Assembly (NCBI GenBank): GCA_020137815.1
Contig: CM035352.1
Span: 4,712,001-4,776,000, forward strand
Reading direction: 5' to 3'
Length of the DNA stretch: 64,000 bases
DNA from: Hormiphora californensis
Taxonomy: Eukaryota; Animalia; Ctenophora
Shown here: piece after piece, positions 1 through 9,000 of the stretch
Layout of the letters: the number at the start of each line of letters is the position of its first letter
Position numbering within the stretch: the stretch's first letter is position 1
Program-made: the position numbers and the translations under genes
The notes under the pieces: generated by a model
Told to the model about the DNA's origin: nothing
The model's database searches: none
The model's input: only the letters and a program-made list of their open reading frames with translations

Positions 1-3000
1 CGTTCCCATGATGAAAATAGCAGACTTTCTCAAGGCTGGCTGTGAGGTGAGTGTTGTTTGGTCCGAGTAAATCACGAAGTTCTGAAAAGTTTCAATAGTT
101 CTTTTTTCCGTCGCCGACGGTATTTCTTACTTCATAAGACGTAAGCACTCGTGCAACTATTTTTAATAGTTTCAAACTTTTCAACACTACTTTAAACAAA
201 TTAATTTGAGTGTTCCGCTTATAATCGATTCGATCCGTGTCAGAGTTAATTTTCTATTCTCCGATATCTTTGAGTAACGCAAATCTCTTTCACTTGGGCT
301 TTTTGTGAACGTTATTTGAGTTTTGGGGATAGTATTAATCTCTGTCCAGGAGTGTGAGCCAGGTGTTTTAGGATGAACAGTATGACTATGAGAATTGATG
401 ACGTAGAGATAACGAGTAAAGATGAGTTTGATAGAGCTCTTAAAGCTCTGACTTATAATAGGTGTAGTGGTGAGCATGTCTTAGATCGTCTTCGGGTGGG
501 TGGGGATGCTCCTCTGTTCAACAAAGACAATGCCTGGGAACTTCTCTGTGCTGCTTATTCCTTGATTCCAGACAACCCGAGGGTGAGATTCGATAGTGGT
601 GTTAGTTCCGTATTGGACACGTCCCTGGGGGCGAGTGTGGCGGATGTACTGAAAGAAAGCTTTGAGAGTCTGAAGATGGAATTGCTTGCGGTGGTTGAGC
701 AGAAGGTGGAAGACAAGGTGAGCGAGTTGCATGGAAGAAAGGAGGTGGTTGTAGAAGACGAAGGTCCGGTTGCACCTGTGAGGAGGTATGTTGATATAAG
801 GTTGGATAGTAGTGATGCTGAAGGTACGACCCCAGTCTGTCCAAAGACGCAGTGGGCGGAAGTGGTAAAACCCCAAGTGGAAAAGGCTTTGAAGGGAGTT
901 CCAGTGTTGAACGCGGTAGTGAACAAAGGCAGTGTGCGGCTATCGTTCCAGAATGAGGACCAACTAAAGGAAGCTAACAATGTTTTACCACCAGCTCTTG
1001 GTCAGGAGGTTCAGATGGTCACAGAGACGAAATCGCTTCTTGACCCAAGAATTTCAATTGGTGATCTTGCACAGGACCTACTTGACAAGGAGACTTTAAT
1101 CTTGGAGTTAACTAGTGGAAAGAATGAGGAAATTAAGAAGCTGGTGGATCAGGGTGGCAAGGTGAAAGTGGTTCATATGAATCCCACTGGAAGGTTTGCA
1201 GTTCTCCAGGTAACTCCAGAAATAAGGAATGTAATCGCCCAGAAAGGGGACAAGGTATTCCTGAAGCTGAGACAATATTGGATCAGAGACAGGTATCATG
1301 TGGTACAGTGTTTTCACTGTCAGGAGTTTGGACATGTAGCAGGGTCGATCAGATGTACAAAGAAGGATGGAGATGCGGTGTGTGCTTTCTGTGCTGGAGA
1401 TCATGAGACTCGGAGTTGTGGTCACAAGAAGAGGAATGACACAGGGAAATTGAACTGTGTTAACTGTCAGAAGAGTAATAGCAGAGAAGATAGGAGACAT
1501 TCTAGGTCACATCTTGCATCCAGTACTCTGTGTCCATTCTACATTAATGAAAGAACTAAGCTTATGGAGAAGACAAGTGGCGTGAAGAAAGAGGCAAAAA
1601 ATGGTTATCGGACGAGGGCCATGGAGGAGTTGAAGAGAAGACGACTTGGAGGATTGGGACATTAAATGTTCACTCTCTAATGAATAAGACTGCTGGAGTT
1701 CTTACCCACCTGGAGGATAAAGCATGCGATGTGTGTCTTGTCCAAGAAACATACCTGAAGCTAACCGACACTGCTAAACTACAGGAGATAAAGGAAAATG
1801 GTTGGAACATTTACTCGAGCCCGAGGAATGAGAGGTCAGGTGGAGGAATCGGGGTACTTTATCGTGATGGAGTGGTGGTGAAGCTGGCACCGGTGAAGTA
1901 TAAGTTTAAGACCTTTCAAGTCCAGGAAGTGTTGGTTGGTGGAGAGGATGATCTGGTGAGGCTGTGTAACATTTACAGGCCACCTTATACCGGTAAAGCA
2001 CGGTTTACGGAGGCTAACTTTCTGGATGAGTTCAATGACTACCTCTCTGACCTTTTGATGAAAACTGGAAGTCCATTGATTATGGGTGATTTTAACTTTC
2101 AAGTACAAGACTCAAGTAACTTCTATGCAAAGAAGCTTCTTGACCTTCTGGACTCATTTGACTTTGTTCAAAATGTGCCACTTAAACCTACTCATGTACG
2201 AGGAGGAACTCTGGACTTAATTATCTGTCAGCGTGGTATGTCCAGTAAGTTGGGGAACCTGAAGATATTTCCAGATGGTACGATGTCGGATCATTATCTG
2301 GTAATGATGGAGGTTAAGTTGGCTTCTGAAGGAAGATATGTTTCCCGAGAGAGGATGAGTGTCTACCATGATTTTAAGGCTGTAGATGTGGAGGTCTTCC
2401 GGAATGGGCTGAGGGATATGTGTTTGGAAATTCCAGATGACGTTACGCCAGAACAGGCTTTGTATCTGTATGATCGAGCTTTGAAGGAGGCTGTAGATAG
2501 ATTTGTCCCGACCAAACGGAGGAAATCGGTGAAGAACTTCAGGCCTTGGAGAGAGAGACAGGATGTTCGGGACACCCTGCGGGAGAGAAGAAAAGCGGAG
2601 AGGGCTTGGGAGAAGAACAAAACAGGGTTAACGAAAGCAAGGTACAGGGAACTTCAACGACAGTTTGAGAGGATTGACAAGGAGGCAAGAATGGAGTATG
2701 TAAAGAAGAAGCTTGAAGATGTGAAGGATGATCCTGCTGGACTTCAGAAAATGCTAGCTCGACTACTGGGAAAGAAAGAGACTCTTCTACCGGGTGGACT
2801 ATCTGACAAGAAACTAGCTGATAACTTTGCACAGTTTTTCTCTGGAAAGATTGATAAAATACGGTCTACTGTACTGGAAGAACAAGAGGCTGGAGCTGGA
2901 TGTAAGGGTAATGGGGAAGGTAGAGGTTGTGAAGATGTAAGTGGAACTGGAGGTGTGAGTGGCGGAGATGTAAGTGGAACTGGAAGTGGAGGTGTGAGGG

Positions 3001-6000
3001 ATGAAGACGTAAGTGGAACTGGAAGAGGAGGTGCGAGTAGTGAAGATGTAAGTGGAGGCGTGAGTGATGAAGATGTAAGCGGAACTGGAAGAGGAGGTGT
3101 GAGTGGTGAAGATGTAAGAGGAACTGGAAGTGGTGGTGCATCGAGGCCTGATTGTGAGCTGACTCAGTTTGAAGAGATCTCGCAGAAAGATCTTGTTCGG
3201 ATTGTAAAGCAGATGTCATCTAAGTCGTGTGAGCTAGATCCAGTTCCAACGTGGCTGGTGAAGGATTGTCTAGAGGAGTTGGCGCCTGCTTTAACGACTA
3301 TTATTAACAAGTCATTATGTAGAGCTTCAGTACCTGAGCCCCTGCAAAAAGCAGTAGTCATGCCAACGATAAAGGATCCGAATGGAGACAGAGATCTTCT
3401 TGCCAACTACCGCCCTGTCTCAAACATTGCTTTTGTCTCAAAAGTCTTGGAAAAGGTGGTATTGTGTCAAATGAATGACTATCTACTGAAGAATGACTTG
3501 TTGAACGCCAACCAGTCGGGTTACCGAACTGGTCATAGTTGTGAAACTCTTCTGGCTGGAATGTTTGATGACTTGCTGAAAGAACTGGATTCTGGAAAGG
3601 TAGCAGCACTCATGCTGTTGGACATGAGCGCGGCTTTCGATACAGTAGATCATGAGAAGCTGATGGAAGTGCTCGAGGTGAGGTTTGGAGTGAAGGGAAG
3701 TGCGCTTGGGTGGTTTAAGAGTTATCTGAGTTCCAGGAGTTACAGAGTAAGCGTCCATGGTGAGCTCTCTGAGGTTATTGCTCTCATCTGTGGAGTACCA
3801 CAGGGGTCATTGTTAGGTCCTGTATTATTCCTGTTGTACATAGAGGAGCTACAGGATATTGCTAGACCGTATGGTCTAATGATAAAGCTGTATGCAGATG
3901 ATTCCCAGTTATATGTGGGACTTGTCCCAACGGATAGTGAGGGATGGACAGCGACTAAGACCAGTATTGAGGAGTGTCTCGCTTCTATTAAGAACTGGAT
4001 GGTACAGCATTGGTTCAAATGTAACGAGAGTAAGACTGAGTTTGTTCTTCTGGGAAAATCAAGTTCTCTTGAGAAGCTGGTATTTGATCCGGAAATTAGG
4101 TTTGGTGACGCTGTGTTGCAGCCCATGGAATGTAGAGGAAGGACAGGGAAGACTCTAGGAATACTTCTGGATGAGCATCTTACCCTGGAGAGGCAGGTGA
4201 ACAATGTTAAGAAACAATGTGGACTGCAACTCAAGAACCTATGGCAACTCAATAAGTGTTTGGACAATAGTACACGGATTCTTCTGGTGAAGCAATTAGT
4301 CATATCAAAGATAGACTACTGCAATATCCTCTACTGTGGACTCCCAAAACGGATTCTAAACAATCTTCAAAAGGTTCTAAACTCCTGCGTACGGTTCATC
4401 TATAACCTACGAGGACATCAGGATAGCTATGATGAGTATTTCAAGGAAGCTCATATCCTCCCAATACAGCAGAGACTAACGTTCAAGGCCTGCCTGTTAG
4501 CGTACAAAATTGTGCGTGGAACAGCTCCAGAGTATTTGCTGGAACTGGTCCCTAGGGATGATGATATTCTGGGTATGAGACCAACGAGGGCGAATTCAGT
4601 GATTGACTTCTATAAGCTGAAATATCCTAAACTCTCGAGTGTTAACGCAAACTCTAAACTGAGGAGAAGGAGGATTTCGGTGTTTCTACCGACGGTATGG
4701 AACTCTTTACCTCTAGACCTGAGATCTGTTCACCCCATTGAGTTGTTCAAATCTAGGCTGAAGACCAGACTTTTCCTTGAAGCGTTCCCTTCTACCCCTG
4801 AAGACTCCCGGTGTGGCGTCTGAGTTGTTCACCGTGTTCCCCATCTGTCAGTAGGCGGTCTTTAGGCGTGCTCACCATTTACACTTAGGGCTTTTTTATC
4901 AGTATTGTTGAGCTGCTGATAAGTAGTGTGTGGGCTGTTGGCTTTGTTCCCTTTATTTAATAAAGTCTGTAATTTTTTTCATCTATACAGTTTTAAGCGT
5001 TATGTGGCCAGTTATCTAATTAGTATATCTTGAACTAGGAGTTTTTTCCAAAGTGTGTGAGAATATAAGGACCTTTTCGCGTGAGGTATACCGCTCTGAA
5101 GCTCGTCAGTGTCAGTTACAGTTTTACTTATCTGGCCCTGTCGTGTCTGTGGCGGTATACAAAACTTAATATTATTATTATTATTAGTGAATCTATCGGT
5201 TACATTATAAAGTATCTCTGTTTTATCATCTTTTTCAAATCATTACATCCTTCACTTTCCAGGTTACTATCCTGTTCGCTGATCTCCATGCGTATTTAGA
5301 CAATATGAAGGCACCCTGGGCCCTGCTGGAACTTAGGGCTCAATACTACGAGGCCATTATCAAGGTGATTATTGAAACTATTGGCTAACAGATTATTTCG
5401 GTTGGAAGTTTTCTCACAGTTACTTTCGCATCGTGTGTGATGCTACAAATTGTAACATTGTAACTTACAATCATGCAGTATGACAAGTTGGAAGATATTT
5501 CTACCAGTTTTCACCAACAACAATACCCCTCTCTCAGTCCATGTTGAAGTCGCTGGGTGTGCCACTTGAGAAGTTAAAGTTTGTCAAGGGGACATCCTAC
5601 CAGTTGTCACGGGAGTACACCCTTGATGTCTACAAGCTGTCATCCCTTGTCACGGACCATGACGCAAGGAAGGCAGGGGCTGAAGTTGTGAAACAGGTTG
5701 CCCATCCCCTTCTCTCTGGGCTTCTATACCCGGGGCTGCAGGTGAGTAGAGGGAAGTAGTTCTCCAGCCTGAGATGAGAACATCTCACAAGAACCATATT
5801 TCATGGTTAACCACCCTTGTGTACGGTGTGTCTCTTCTGGCGTGTTATTAGAATCAATAGATATAAGGAAAGAGGGAGACCCTTTTAGTTTTAGCCAATG
5901 TACTTGTTTCTCTTGGAATTTAATTTCCCATTCCCAGGCATTGTACTTGTTTCTCTTGAATTTAATTTCCCAGGCATTGGACGAAGAATATCTGGGTGTG

Positions 6001-9000
6001 GATGCCCAGTTTGGGGGTGTTGACCAGCGTAAGATCTTTATGTTCGCTGAGAAGTACCTGCCTGCCCTGGGTTACAAGAAGAGGGCACACTTAATGAATC
6101 CCATGATACCAGGATTAACTGGAGATAAGATGAGCAGTAGCGAACCGGTAATAGTGGAAAACATTAATTATATTTTCATGTTCATCTTCTGAAATAAAAT
6201 TCCTTCATGAATTCCCTAACAAATTTGTATCCCCCCTCTTCCAGGACAGTAAGATAGATCTGATTGATGGTCCGGGTGTTGTCAAAAAGAAGATCAATAA
6301 GGCTTTCTGTGAACCAGGCAATGTCACTAATAACGGCCTCCTCAGTTTTTCTGAATCTGTTATCTTCCCCTTCCTTGGAGACAAGGGTGAGTTGAAAGAG
6401 GGTTGGGGTTCAAAATATAAAACAATCTGCAGCTAACTTCCCATGTTGGCATGTTTCCATGAATACAAATCTCACATTTCCACACGTCCAATTCATTGTC
6501 ACTCAAATGACTAAATCCCGCAGCGTTTGAAATCAAGAGGAAGCCAGAGCATGGTGGCGATGTATCCTTCACCAACTTCCAAGATTTGAAGGATTCCTTT
6601 GCCAAGGAGAGTATCTATCCCCTTGATCTGAAGATGGCCGTTACCACCTACATTAACCAGGTACACATGTGCTGCTCGAATTCTCGTATGATAAATGTGA
6701 GTTGTTCTGTCTGGTGGTTCCGGTCCCATTTCGATTCTCGACAGTGTGCTCAAATCGAGTCGGCAGAGTTGTTGGGAATAAGGCAACCAGTTCCATGCTT
6801 ATATTCCTACTAACACGTCCACCCTATCATTTAGCATGGTAGAAATGGAAGTGGACTCTCCTAACACCACTACAACAAGCCCAAACTCAGATGCCAAGAA
6901 GCGGAAATCTGGCAAACAGCCAGCTGGGGGGAAACCGGGTGGAAAGTTCTACTGTACGAGTTGTAATGTGTATTGTCCTAATGAGGCTACCCTGGAACAG
7001 CACAATCAGGGCAAGAAACACCAGATGACAGTGACGTCACGACACAAACGGGACAAGCACACGGAGGCGAGCGTGTTTGTTGGTAATCTACCAAAACTAA
7101 ACAAGATCACCGCTGTGATATCAGAGCCGGGTGGGGAGAACGAAAAGCTGAAATGTGATCTCATTACCCTTTTTAGTGAGTTTGGTGACGTTCAAAAGGT
7201 CATTATTGACAAGGTTCACGGGTCTTATTGTATCCTGGAGTTCAAATCACCCACCTCCGCTCAGAAGGCCATAATGGCTCAACAGCAGGGACGGTTGCCG
7301 CCTTTCTACGGGAAAAAGTTACAGGTTAAAAGTCGAAATGCCAACACTAAGAAAGCTCCTCTGCGGGCACCCTGTTCTGAGCTAGCCGTGGGTAATGTCA
7401 TCGAGCTACTGAGAGAAGAGAGAGAGGAACCTGTGACAGCTCTCAACATGCTAGATGCAGCTATAAAGTTACCTGATAACACGGCTCGTGTTCAGAAGGA
7501 AGCTCTCCTAGCTCTCCAGGGTCATATTAACAAAGCCTTCCCATTCCATGCTGTTTCCATGGAGCTCTTTGGGTCTACTGTAACGGGTTTGGCACTAAAG
7601 GACAGCGATATGGATATCACGCTATCTGCCCGGACACGGCTGGAGAGGGACGATCTGGTTAAGGTCCTAAAAGAGAGGTGTCCGGGTGTCAGTCATGTCC
7701 ACTTGGTACCAGCACCCGGTCAATCAACCATCCTCCGATTCAAACTGGATACCTACTCGTGTGATTTAGTGTTCGCCAACAAGTTGGGTATACGAAACTC
7801 CGCTCTCATCTCAACCATCACCAAATGGGATCTAAAGCTGGCCAGACTCCTCCGATTGATAACGTTTTGGAATAAGACAGTCCTTGGTAAGAGGTTTGCT
7901 AGAAGACCTAGCTCCTACGCGGTGACAGTCATGACTCTCGCATACCTGAGATCATGTAGTCACATTCCTGATTTCTTCAATCCAGCTCACTTCACCGAGG
8001 AGACCCGGATTTATGACTTGGATTGTTCGTTTGTAACGGAGCCACCCCTAAATGTGTTCCTTCCTACCAAGGTCTCTGTTCCAGAGTTGCTAGCCGGGTT
8101 TTGGAGGTACTACGGGCATGATTTTAACCGTGATGACTGTGTTGTGTCAATGAAGGGGCAACTCAAGAAATCTGACTTAGTGGAGGGGGAGGAGAGGAGT
8201 GATTGTAGTTATGTCACAGTATTTAGGAGGTCACCCCTCGAGGTCCAGGACCCTCTTGTTCCGACCCACAACCTGACCCACAACGTTCCCTTGGAGTGTG
8301 CGGTGATGTTTGGAGACTACTGTAGGGAGGCGTGGGATAACTGGGGAAAGAAGAGGCCCCTTTATTTGTGGATGTTTGGGAGACAGAAAAAGGAAGAGGT
8401 TGAGGAAGTGGAGGAAGAGGAGGAGGGATCCAAGACTCCTGAGTATACAGAATCGGGCAAGAGGAAGAGAAGCCTCGAAGCGATGGAACATTAAGGCCAG
8501 AGGGGGGGGGCCGGACTCTGTGGGTCAAAATGTTCACTTTTTATATCTTGTCAAGCTCTTCGGTTCGGATGAGAACACTAACTGATTCTCATCTGTTTGT
8601 GGAAGAGAATTGTGAACAACATGTGTTATGAACATGGATGTGATGATGGCTGTACTATGTACCCTATTATTTGTAATTCATTTTTATGCAAATTTAACGT
8701 TTTTAATCTTTCAACAGCTGTTAGTGCCTTTGTGTCTAAAAGTATGATTCGCTATATCTGCCTCTTTAACATTCCCCTTCCTTTCAGTTGTTAGCGCCAA
8801 TCATCCAAGAGTTCAATAGTAAGGAACTGAAGAAACTGACATCCCAGGCATATCCACCAGAAGGTATATAGGGCTAGATGAGGTCTGTCTAGCGGCACCG
8901 ACCCAGTTGTTGGCAGTGCGATCAGATCGGGTCGTTGGGATAAGGTCGGGTTTGGGGAGACAAAGAAAATGACCCTTTTTGACACCCGTTTGTTTACAGG

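Larger units (their letters stand above)
54..5185 (+). mobile_element. Full-length non-LTR retrotransposon (L2/CR1-group LINE) in a TyrRS intron, sense orientation
   Basis: ORF1 + APE/RT ORF2, 3' UTR ending in (ATT)n at ~5168-5185; candidate 4-bp TSD AGTG at 50-53 and 5186-5189. The 5' boundary is inferred from that short TSD. Confidence 0.9.
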
